From contig CAXXDQ010000003.1 of assembly GCA_963664325.2 (NCBI GenBank), positions 352,001 through 416,000 on the forward strand: a DNA stretch of 64,000 nt, given 5' to 3'. Below are positions 45,015 to 53,413 of the stretch, one piece after another. The notes below the pieces were generated by a model, which was not told where the DNA came from, made no database searches, and was given only the letters and a program-made list of their open reading frames with translations. Numbering within the stretch: the first letter of the stretch is position 1; each line of letters starts with the position of its first letter. Origin of the DNA: Desulfomonilia bacterium (GTDB taxonomy: Bacteria > Desulfobacterota > Desulfomonilia > UBA1062). The position numbers and the translations under genes are program-made.

Positions 45015-46016
45015 ATGAAAATCAAATCAGGCCGCAGTCGGGTCCTTGTTTTATTGATCATCGCAGCGGCGGTTGCAAGCCTCGGTTCTGCCAAAGGCTG
45101 CAAACCTGATTTGAGCCCGTTTGATCCGGCGGAACTGTATTCCCATGTAACAAAGCTTGCTGGAGAGATAGGTACGCGGAATATCAAGGAGCCGGGAAAT
45201 ATCCTTGCGTCCGTTTATATCCATGACAGGATGGTAGAATACGGCCTCTTTAACGTCCATTACGAATATTTCCCGGACGGCTATGGGAACCTCTACAGAA
45301 ACGTTGCAGGCACATGCCCGGGCACGACATTTCCGGACCTGATTATCATTATCTGCGCCCACTTTGATACGCAGAAAGGTGTGCCCGGGGCGGTTGACAA
45401 TGCAACTGGAATTGCTGCGATGCTTGAATATGCCCGCTATTTTTCGGATAATCCCGCCCCCTATACGTTAAAGTTTGTGGCCTTCAACGCAGAGGAATCC
45501 GGCTATTACGGTTCGTCATACTACCACAGGAAAAGCCTCTCAACGGGCGAGATTGGGAATACGCTCATGATCCTGAATCTTGATATGGTGCAGAGCAATG
45601 CCTCAGATCCAGAGGCGCCTTTTGTATTGTTTGTCCTTTCACCCAACAGGGCCACCGTAAAGTCTTTTTCCGAAGAAAAGGACGAAATGGGACCTGCAGC
45701 CTGCAATATCGTTTTAATTCCGGCAAAAACCGCTTCGGTAATATCTGAAGGACTCAGTACCGATGCAAGATTCTGGATTAATGATCCAGTTATTTTATGC
45801 TGGCCCTGGGCTTATGACACCTATTACAACAAGCCTGTCGATACCTGCGATAAGGTTGACGAGACAGGCCTTGCAATAGGCACGAAGTTTATTTTCGGGT
45901 TCTTCACTAGGATGCTCAAATGCGTACCTGATGAATTCAGGGAAGAACTTGTGGATTATGAGGTTTCTCCTGAACTGCTTGCGTGGCTGATTGATAAGGG
46001 GGGAATAAAGCCCTGA
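45015..46016 (+). CDS. M28 family metallopeptidase, exported
   Basis: AGGAGG-ATG at 45015; CAHFD, GAVDNATG, FNAEESG, NLDMV. Confidence 0.85.
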   Translation: MKIKSGRSRVLVLLIIAAAVASLGSAKGCKPDLSPFDPAELYSHVTKLAGEIGTRNIKEPGNILASVYIHDRMVEYGLFNVHYEYFPDGYGNLYRNVAGTCPGTTFPDLIIIICAHFDTQKGVPGAVDNATGIAAMLEYARYFSDNPAPYTLKFVAFNAEESGYYGSSYYHRKSLSTGEIGNTLMILNLDMVQSNASDPEAPFVLFVLSPNRATVKSFSEEKDEMGPAACNIVLIPAKTASVISEGLSTDARFWINDPVILCWPWAYDTYYNKPVDTCDKVDETGLAIGTKFIFGFFTRMLKCVPDEFREELVDYEVSPELLAWLIDKGGIKP

Positions 46017-46145
46017 AGGTCGGTCCCGGGCATCAAATAAGGTTCAAGCAGGGATTGTGCAATATCCTGAAAATGTGTAATATGCCTCCAAGATTCTTCA
46101 CCGCCTTTTTTTAGGGCAAAACAATTCTGGTTCTGGAGGACAAAA

Positions 46146-46445
46146 ATGAAAAAGCTTATAATTGCCATGCTGGTGATGTTCGGGATCATGTTCAGTACAA
46201 CGCTCATTGCAGCAGATCTTTACGGTATAGTAACGGACAAAAGCGGCAAACCGGTCGAATCCAAAATGGACCTCAAGGACGCCAAAGACGGAAAGGTGGC
46301 TGCAAGCGTCAAATCGGACAACAAGGGGAACTATTCATTCAAGGACATAAAACTTGGAAGCTATATCATGGTTATCGGTACAAAGGAGTTCAAGGTTCAG
46401 GTAGCCCCTGGCGATACGCGCAGAGACTTCCAGCTCGACAAATAG
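46146..46445 (+). CDS. Small secreted carboxypeptidase-regulatory-like beta-sandwich protein
   Basis: Signal peptide; GIVTDKSGKPV...SDNKGNYSFKDI..GSY. Confidence 0.75.
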   Translation: MKKLIIAMLVMFGIMFSTTLIAADLYGIVTDKSGKPVESKMDLKDAKDGKVAASVKSDNKGNYSFKDIKLGSYIMVIGTKEFKVQVAPGDTRRDFQLDK

Positions 46446-46506
46446 CGGCAGGCTCATCCGCGCCTGAGTTTTTCATAAAGCCCGACACGTCAAGCGAGGT
46501 TTTAAC

Positions 46507-47499
46507 ATGTCCGATGATATAAGGCCGAAAAAGGATTTCTGGGACATCATACAGGCGCTTGGTCCGGCAATCATTGCCGCCACTGTGGCCATAGTCGGTA
46601 CCATGTACAACCATCAGCAGGCGCAGATAGCAAAGGCTTCCGAAATGCGCGAAGTCTATACGAAGATAATGGCCGAGCGCGAAAGTTCGGACAACAACAT
46701 CCGGGCGACCATGTTCGGCATGCTCTTTAACGCCATGTTCCAGAAAGTGGGCGGTTTGAAGGGAGAGCCCACAGATGCGCAGGCTATAAAGCAGCAGGTC
46801 ATGTTTCTCGACCTTTTAAGCCGCAATTTCGATACGATCGATATAAAGCCCTTGTTTGAAGACCTCGACAATGAGATGACAAAAAAGGTTTATGACGAAA
46901 AATATCCTGCTGATTTCAGAGGGGAGATGTTCATCATGCGGGCCGACCTGAGACGCATAGGAAAGAATCTTTCCATCAAGCAGCTCAATGCCCTGGCCTC
47001 CCTTGCGGGCAGCGATGTGAGACGCGTCGTTATCATGCAGATGAATGACGGCACCATGCAGGCTATTCCGGATGAACCCCCTGAGGGCAGGACCGATGAC
47101 TTTCCTGTCGAGATCAAGCCCGAAGTTCTGCACGACGGGGTTATCGACCTGACGCTCGATTATAAAAAAAGCAAGGCCGCGGACCAGGGCTTCAAGGCGC
47201 CAAGCTTCTACATAACCTTTTACGACCTGCCTTATATAGACAACAGCGTTCTTGATAAGGATATGAGGGTGGCGCTTGTGCTGACCAAATTTTTCAATGT
47301 CCAGGACCTCGACAAATTCAGGGGCAAACTGGACAGGAGATTGCTCAAGGACTATCAGGATATGAAAGACGGCGGCATAGCAAAATATGCCGAGGTACGT
47401 CTGATCAAATTCCCGGCAAAATATACCGGCCACCGCGACAGGCCTTACTTGCAGGAGATTCTGCAGGACCTGGTCGATGATAACAAGCTGAAAAAATAA
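46507..47499 (+). CDS. Hypothetical protein with an N-terminal membrane anchor
   Basis: KKDFWDIIQ followed by a TM helix; 330-aa ORF with consistent codon usage. Confidence 0.7.
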   Translation: MSDDIRPKKDFWDIIQALGPAIIAATVAIVGTMYNHQQAQIAKASEMREVYTKIMAERESSDNNIRATMFGMLFNAMFQKVGGLKGEPTDAQAIKQQVMFLDLLSRNFDTIDIKPLFEDLDNEMTKKVYDEKYPADFRGEMFIMRADLRRIGKNLSIKQLNALASLAGSDVRRVVIMQMNDGTMQAIPDEPPEGRTDDFPVEIKPEVLHDGVIDLTLDYKKSKAADQGFKAPSFYITFYDLPYIDNSVLDKDMRVALVLTKFFNVQDLDKFRGKLDRRLLKDYQDMKDGGIAKYAEVRLIKFPAKYTGHRDRPYLQEILQDLVDDNKLKK

Positions 47500-47534
47500 G
47501 CCCGGAAAAGTTCGGCAGACCTGTAAACTGGCAG

Positions 47535-48029
47535 TTAGATAAACCTCTCGAAACGGTCCGCTTTAGCCTTGCAGATGGGGCAGACCCCCGGCGGGTTGTC
47601 GCGTGCGCAAAGGTAACCGCAGACCCTGCACCGCCAGACGGGGTAGGGGAGTTCTTTATTTAAAAGCCCGGATGCATTCACTGTTTTAGCCTCTTTCTTA
47701 CCGGCAGGCCTTCTGTCGGGTATTGAGGAAAGCTTTTTGGCGCCCGTTGCGATTTCTTCCGTCACATAAAGGGCGCAGTAGCAGGCACCGTAATCCGTCA
47801 GGTCGGCGTCCCTGTAGTCGCAGGGGCAGATCATGTCCCTGTCTTCTTCGATGGTGCCCGAGGCAAGCCTGCAGGGGCAGGCCTGATAGCCGTAGCGGGC
47901 TTCATTTTCGAGGAGGCCTTCAGCAATGACCGTGGTAAAACCGTCATCAGGATTTATCCGGTAACCGCCTGCCAGTGCGTCGGTCTTCAGCTTCGCCAGA
48001 AGACCGGAGGCCTTTGAAGCATCACTCAT
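47535..48029 (-). CDS. Ferredoxin:thioredoxin reductase catalytic-type subunit fused to a C-terminal rubredoxin (ferredoxin:disulfide reductase-like)
   Basis: CPCR, CPC, CYC cluster motifs; WRCRVCGY...CPIC rubredoxin. Confidence 0.92.
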   Translation of the reverse strand: MSDASKASGLLAKLKTDALAGGYRINPDDGFTTVIAEGLLENEARYGYQACPCRLASGTIEEDRDMICPCDYRDADLTDYGACYCALYVTEEIATGAKKLSSIPDRRPAGKKEAKTVNASGLLNKELPYPVWRCRVCGYLCARDNPPGVCPICKAKADRFERFI

Positions 48030-48304
48030 TTCAGCGCATCCCTTATATCGTCTTCCTTGAACCCTACGATGCAGCTGCTGCCGTTAATGACAAGGGTCGG
48101 GAACGAGCATGAAGGATTCCATCTTTTGACTTCATCAACTACGGCCTGTTTTTCATCTCCGCTCAGTGTATCGACATCGGTATACGAATAGGCCACGCCC
48201 AGTTCGTTCAATAGCCCCTTCGTTTTTCTGCACCACCCGCAGGTGCTGAGTGCGTAAAGCATGACCTTGCCCTTGTTCTTTCCTTCGACGTGGTTAACTG
48301 ACAT
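48026..48304 (-). CDS. Glutaredoxin (NrdH/methanoredoxin-like)
   Basis: LYALSTCGWC, SFPTLVI, IVGF; GAGGAGG RBS before the ATG at 48304; ATGA overlap with the FTR gene. Confidence 0.9.
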   Translation of the reverse strand: MSVNHVEGKNKGKVMLYALSTCGWCRKTKGLLNELGVAYSYTDVDTLSGDEKQAVVDEVKRWNPSCSFPTLVINGSSCIVGFKEDDIRDALK

Positions 48305-48320
48305 ATTTCCTCCTCTTCTA

Positions 48321-48445
48321 TACAGGGCGTCATAACTTTGCATACCTTTGTCGCTTCCTTGGCTCGTCATTGCGGCATACGCTAAAAGTATGCCTCATTC
48401 CTTGCCATCGTCGCTCCTCGGTCTGCTTTGTTCTTACACCCTGTA
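48321..48445. mobile_element. MITE/REP-like element A (125 bp) with TA-bounded terminal inverted repeats
   Basis: TACAGGGCGTCATAAC ... GTTCTTACACCCTGTA (13/16 IR); internal GGCATAC-n7-GTATGCC hairpin. Confidence 0.65.
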
Positions 48446-48645
48446 TTTATAATCGCTAGTGACTTATTATAAAACAATTTGCTTGAGAAAACGATCTCCA
48501 TCTGATGTCAGGGTTGCCTGTATTAATAAAACCCCTTCCTGGAATAGTCAGAAATTTGATTCCATGACATTTTGTCAATTGTTGGAAGCTGACCTTTTAA
48601 CTTCCGCAAAGTGGTCCAAATTCCAGAAGGTTGAAGTTGTCTCAC

Positions 48646-51600
48646 TCATTCAAAATTGTCTCTATAAAAATTAAGATTTCGTTCGTCAAGTTCTTGGCTA
48701 AATCGTTGAAATACTTCTCTGGCGTTTTCCTTCATTTTAAAATCCCGACAGCAAAGAAAAAATCTGAATACAGGCGCTTGGCTATGTCGGTCAAAATGAT
48801 ATTCGGGTTGTGCAATGAATTCAAAGAACCGCTGTACACACTTCTCATTCTTTCCCTGACGGTTCCAGATTGCTAGAAGTTCTGACATTGCATAAATGTC
48901 GAGCGGGTCTATTTCTAAAGACTCTTCTGCTTTTTCAGCGGCTTTATCGAGCTTATTCTGTCTCTGGTAAATCTTCGCCAGTTCAGTGCGGGGATGCAGT
49001 TGTTTATTGTCGATTTTCAAACTTTCCAACAAAAGAGCTTCAGCTTTATCGAGCTTATTCTGTCTCTGGTAAATCTTCGCCAGTTCAGTGCGGGGATGCA
49101 GTTGTTTATTGTCGATTTTCAAACTTTCCAACAAAAGAGCTTCAGCTTTATCGAGCTTATTCTGTTTCTGATAAATCTTTGCCAGCTCTGTGCGGGCTTG
49201 CAAGTTTTTCTTGTCTATATCCAAAAGCTTTTGCAAAACTACTTCAGCTTTATCGAGCTTATTCTGTTTCTGATAAATCTTCGCCAGCTCTGTGCGGGGA
49301 TGCAGTTGTTTATCGTCGATTTTCAAACTTTCCAACAAAAGAGCTTCAGCTTTATCGAGCTTATTCTGTTTCTGATAAATCTTCGACAGCTCTGTACGGG
49401 GATGCAGTTGTTTATCGTCGATTTTCAAACTTTCCAACAAAAGAGCTTCAGCTTTATCGAGCTTATTCTGTTTCTGATAAATCTTCGACAGCTCTGTACG
49501 GGGATGCAGTTGTTTATCGTCGATTTTCAAACTTTCCAACAAAAGAGCTTCAGCTTTATCGAGCTTATTCTGTTTCTGATAAATCTTCGCCAGCTCAGTG
49601 CGTGAATTTAAGTCATCAATTTTAATATCGAGCACTTCTAGCAATACAACTTCAGCATCAGTCAATTTACCTTGCCTCTGGTAAATCTTCGCCAGCTCAG
49701 TGCGTGAATTTAAGTCATCAATTTTAATATCGAGCACTTCTAGCAATACAACTTCAGCATCAGTCAATTTACCTTGTCTCTGATAAATCTTCGACAGCTC
49801 AGTGCGGGCTTGCAAGTTTTTCTTGTCTATTTCTAAAAGCTTTTGCAAAACGGCTTCAGCTTTATCGAGCATATTCTGTTTCTGATAAATCTTCGCCAGC
49901 TCAGTGCGTGAATTTAAGTCATCAATTTTAATATCGAGCACTTCTAGCAATACAACTTCAGCATCAGTCAATTTACCTTGTCTCTGATAAATCTTCGACA
50001 GCTCTGTGCGGGCTTGCAAGTCTTTTTGATCTATTTCCAAAAGCTTTTGCAAAACGGCTTCAGCTTTATCGAGCATATTCTGTTTCTGGTAAATCTTTGC
50101 CAGCTCTGTGCGGGCTTGCAAGTCTTTTTGATCTATTTCCAAAAGCTTTTGCAAAACGGCTTCAGCTTTATCGAGCTTATTCTGTTTCTGGTAAATCTTT
50201 GCCAGCTCAGTTCGGGCTTGCAAGTTTTTCTTGTCTATTTCCAAAAGCTTTTGCAAAACGGCTTCAGCTTTATCGAGCTTATTCTGTTTCTGGTAAATCT
50301 TTGCCAGCTCAGTGCGGGCTTGCAAGTTTTTCTTGTCTATTTCCAAAAGCTTTTGCAAAACGGCTTCAGCTTTATCGAGCTTATTCTGTTTCTGATAAAT
50401 CTTCGCCAGTTCTGTGCGTGTATGCAAATTATCAGGCACTTCTTGGATAAATAATTCTAATAAAGATACAGCTTCATCATCTTTGTCCTGAGATAGAAGC
50501 AACCAAAATTTGGCAAGATGAAGAGTTGCATACAGTTTTTGGGAGAGTTTAACTTTATCGACAAGGTAGCTGTTAAATAGATAATCAAAAATGGATTGAT
50601 AATTAACATGGTAATCTTCAATCAAGTAGTTCTTCTTAGTTCCAAAGATATTCACCAGCGCTTGAGAGTGCAATAAATCACGGAAATCAGTATGCTCGCA
50701 ACATTCCATTAACAGTTCAGTCTTTTCTAAATTGTGGTGCTCACGGAAATATACTTCTGAAACTATTTCATGTTTAGTCCTTAACAATATATTCTTTCGA
50801 CCTGAAACATCACGTCTTTCGTCTACAACTACGGGCTCGTATTCCAATCCACGGAATTTTTCTAGAAAGATTCTCTGCTGCACTTCATCAGCGTGTAAGA
50901 TTTTTGACAAAAGTGAAAACGGCATTTTGACGCCAAATAAATAAAAAAGCGCTATATATTTGTAGCCACCTTGGAAAGACGGAATATCTATGGTTAGCTT
51001 ACGATAATCATCCCAGTCGAAGTCAAAATCGATTTTCCGCTTTTTTTTGAGTTCTAACAATATGGTATATGTGGCGTTGACATAAGCAAGCCGTTCATTA
51101 AGACCGATTTCTCGTAATGTGGTTGTATCGTCGTCAGCAATTCCCAAAAGCTCAAAAAGCTTATTGTATACTTGTTGGCGCTGTTTGCGTGAATTCCTGA
51201 CAATGATAGGATCGTGTTCTTCTTCACCATGCAGATATGTCATACACCCATTCTTCTGCATGGCATGGTAACGGTGCCCTCGTTCTGCAATCAAAATGTT
51301 TATTTGCTCACAGTAATCAGGGATGAGCCTTAGGAGTAATCCCAATGCCTCTTCATCCTGTGCCGGGTTGTCAATACATAGCAGAACCTTGCCTGTAGCA
51401 TTACAGTATTTTATTTGGGATAGAACATTTTCAAGATCACTCCTATTAAGATTTGCTTCAAAATTAAGCATATAGACGTTCTGCCCGCTCAATGACAATT
51501 CCACGGCTAAACGATGCAAGATCGTAGTCTTGCCACTCCCACCATTCCCCAGAATCCAAAACGTCCTGCTGGAAGTATACTTTTTAAGTTTCTGAAGTGC

Positions 51601-52245
51601 ATTTTCCACAACATCGGTATTTCGAATGTCCATTTTGTTGCAGACGACTTTGAATACAACATCATCCCGGTCGTTAATTCTATAATATTCCAGTGCTAAC
51701 TTTTTACGTCTATCTGGATCGTCAATAAGTGCTTTTTGGATATCGTCAATCGTAATTTTTCTGAAACCAGGAGTATGTTTGATAGGGCATTGGGGAAAGA
51801 AAATGGGTATCAACGTTTCAGCATAATCCCAAATTTTTTCGTTTATCGTATCCCATCCCCAGTATTCTACAATAGTTTCTATAGTAGATATAGATTTGGC
51901 TTTTTGTTGGAGGTGAGTGTCATTCTTAAAAGTGGACGCAAAAATAAACCGCTTTGGACGAGTAGTGAGGTCTTTTGTCTTTCCAAATTCCTCCACCATT
52001 TCAGTAGTCAGAACTTCTCGAAGGTTTTTTTCACTTTCATATCGCAAATCTTTAAGTTTGCACTGAAATGTTATATCGGAAACAGTAGGAGAGTATCCGT
52101 CAATACCGTGCTGATTCTGACCTCTTCTGCCAAACTGTTCTATGCCGGGATCTTCATAAACCAGCCGCAAAATGTCGCGAACTAGTTTTTCAAATGTGTC
52201 TGCATCAATTAAAGGTGGCAGTTGATAAGTCATGGTTTCTTCCAA
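48646..52245 (-). CDS. Mrr-like PD-(D/E)xK nuclease + STAND-type P-loop ATPase + TPR array (Avs/NLR-like putative antiphage protein)
   Basis: N-terminal FEKLV..GRRGQNQHGIDG..FQCK; Walker A GNGGSGKTT; Walker B LLCIDN; 15 x 34-aa TPRs; AT-rich relative to flanks; ATG at 52233 is an alternative start. Confidence 0.8.
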   Translation of the reverse strand: MEETMTYQLPPLIDADTFEKLVRDILRLVYEDPGIEQFGRRGQNQHGIDGYSPTVSDITFQCKLKDLRYESEKNLREVLTTEMVEEFGKTKDLTTRPKRFIFASTFKNDTHLQQKAKSISTIETIVEYWGWDTINEKIWDYAETLIPIFFPQCPIKHTPGFRKITIDDIQKALIDDPDRRKKLALEYYRINDRDDVVFKVVCNKMDIRNTDVVENALQKLKKYTSSRTFWILGNGGSGKTTILHRLAVELSLSGQNVYMLNFEANLNRSDLENVLSQIKYCNATGKVLLCIDNPAQDEEALGLLLRLIPDYCEQINILIAERGHRYHAMQKNGCMTYLHGEEEHDPIIVRNSRKQRQQVYNKLFELLGIADDDTTTLREIGLNERLAYVNATYTILLELKKKRKIDFDFDWDDYRKLTIDIPSFQGGYKYIALFYLFGVKMPFSLLSKILHADEVQQRIFLEKFRGLEYEPVVVDERRDVSGRKNILLRTKHEIVSEVYFREHHNLEKTELLMECCEHTDFRDLLHSQALVNIFGTKKNYLIEDYHVNYQSIFDYLFNSYLVDKVKLSQKLYATLHLAKFWLLLSQDKDDEAVSLLELFIQEVPDNLHTRTELAKIYQKQNKLDKAEAVLQKLLEIDKKNLQARTELAKIYQKQNKLDKAEAVLQKLLEIDKKNLQARTELAKIYQKQNKLDKAEAVLQKLLEIDQKDLQARTELAKIYQKQNMLDKAEAVLQKLLEIDQKDLQARTELSKIYQRQGKLTDAEVVLLEVLDIKIDDLNSRTELAKIYQKQNMLDKAEAVLQKLLEIDKKNLQARTELSKIYQRQGKLTDAEVVLLEVLDIKIDDLNSRTELAKIYQRQGKLTDAEVVLLEVLDIKIDDLNSRTELAKIYQKQNKLDKAEALLLESLKIDDKQLHPRTELSKIYQKQNKLDKAEALLLESLKIDDKQLHPRTELSKIYQKQNKLDKAEALLLESLKIDDKQLHPRTELAKIYQKQNKLDKAEVVLQKLLDIDKKNLQARTELAKIYQKQNKLDKAEALLLESLKIDNKQLHPRTELAKIYQRQNKLDKAEALLLESLKIDNKQLHPRTELAKIYQRQNKLDKAAEKAEESLEIDPLDIYAMSELLAIWNRQGKNEKCVQRFFEFIAQPEYHFDRHSQAPVFRFFLCCRDFKMKENAREVFQRFSQELDERNLNFYRDNFE
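48898..50427 (-). repeat. Intragenic tandem array of 15 x 102-bp TPR-coding repeats
   Basis: 1530 bp = 15 x 102; RTEL(A/S)KIYQ core recurs every 34 aa; near-identical DNA copies of three module types. Confidence 0.95.
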
Positions 52246-52527
52246 TTATATTTTTTAGATGCCCAACAAGTTATTCTAAAGTTTCTGTATATCTTAGAAA
52301 TCCAAGGAATTCGTGAAGTTTACTACTATGACAAGGTATTTCTTTTGTTGTTTCACCACAGGCCAACCAAAATCCAATGATTCAATCAATCACAGGATAT
52401 TTCATACATTTAATATTTTAACAGGTTTGTTGCAAACCTTAAATTTTTAACTTTCCGTATGTCATATCGATTTTAATGTTATTTCAAGTTCGAAGGACCT
52501 CACATGCAAGCAATCCTATAAGCATTA

Positions 52528-52695
52528 TACAGGGCGTTATAACAAATTTTCTCTACACCTTCGGTTTGAGGAGCGAAACAGGATGCTCATGATCCCATTA
52601 TTGCATCACGAAAATTGACGCATCGAAGATACGCCCGAAGGGTGAGTGCCGATAATGGCCCGATTCAAAGGTGTATGAAGTTATAACGTCCTGTA
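52528..52695. mobile_element. MITE/REP-like element B (168 bp), related to element A and inverted relative to it
   Basis: TACAGGGCGTTATAAC ... GTTATAACGTCCTGTA (15/16 IR); subterminal TACACCTT/AAGGTGTA; abuts the deoC stop codon. Confidence 0.65.
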
Positions 52696-53394
52696 CTAAA
52701 CCTCGACGACGCCGTCCGGCAAGGCCGCGCATTCCCCGAGTATTTTAAGTCCCGAGGCGGCGCCTATGCCGAAACGCTCGGCGCCGAGTTTATACAACTC
52801 AATCATTGTCTTTAAATCCCTGATGCCGCCCGAAGCCTTGATCTTGAGCTGATCGCCGACACATTTTTTCATTAATGCGATGTTATGCGGGGTCGCGCCG
52901 GTCGGTGTGTGGCCTGTGGCTGTTTTCACAAATTTGGCCCCTGCCTCGATGCAGCATTCACAGCCCTTTTCTATGTCGTAGTCCTTCAGGTAGTGGACTT
53001 CGAATATGACCTTGACGGTCCTTCCGGCGGCCGTATCCACGACGGCCCTGATGTCGTCCCTGACATACTGATACCGGCCGGAGAGAAGCGCCGAGATGTT
53101 TATCACCATGTCCAGCTCTTTACAGCCGTCTTCTAACGCGAGCTTTGCCTCATGGACTTTAATGGCCGTTTTGTGGTTTCCGAACGGAAAGCCTATACCC
53201 GTTCCTATCAGCACATCGTCGCAGCCTTCAAGGAGCGCATTCAGCTCCGCCACAAAGTAGGGCAGGACATGGGCGCCGATAAACCTGTATTTTCTGACGT
53301 CTGCCGCAAACCCCCTCAGCTCCTTTTCGTCCACTTCCGGCCTTACGATGCTGAAATCCATCATCCTGGCGAGATCGTGCGCATTAAGCTTCAT
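52696..53394 (-). CDS. deoC: Deoxyribose-phosphate aldolase (DERA)-like class I aldolase, divergent
   Basis: IGFPFG, ELDMVIN, VKVIFE, FVKTATG (Schiff-base Lys), IKASGGIR, RFG. Confidence 0.85.
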   Translation of the reverse strand: MKLNAHDLARMMDFSIVRPEVDEKELRGFAADVRKYRFIGAHVLPYFVAELNALLEGCDDVLIGTGIGFPFGNHKTAIKVHEAKLALEDGCKELDMVINISALLSGRYQYVRDDIRAVVDTAAGRTVKVIFEVHYLKDYDIEKGCECCIEAGAKFVKTATGHTPTGATPHNIALMKKCVGDQLKIKASGGIRDLKTMIELYKLGAERFGIGAASGLKILGECAALPDGVVEV

Positions 53395-53413
53395 CTTTTA
53401 CCTCCGGTAATAA

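Noticed and set aside
48305-48370. N-terminal extension of the glutaredoxin (ORF track start 48370)
   Set aside because: The extension is read through the MITE-like element; a strong RBS precedes the ATG at 48304
48898-50427. CRISPR array or TALE-like DNA-binding repeats
   Set aside because: The repeats are contiguous 102-bp in-frame coding units without unique spacers, and no cas genes are present. The 34-aa unit fits the TPR pattern (LA.IY...G/N....A...L...L.ID), not the TALE consensus.
48870-50454. Repetitive + strand ORFs (251, 203, 158, 117 aa)
   Set aside because: Antisense shadows of the TPR array
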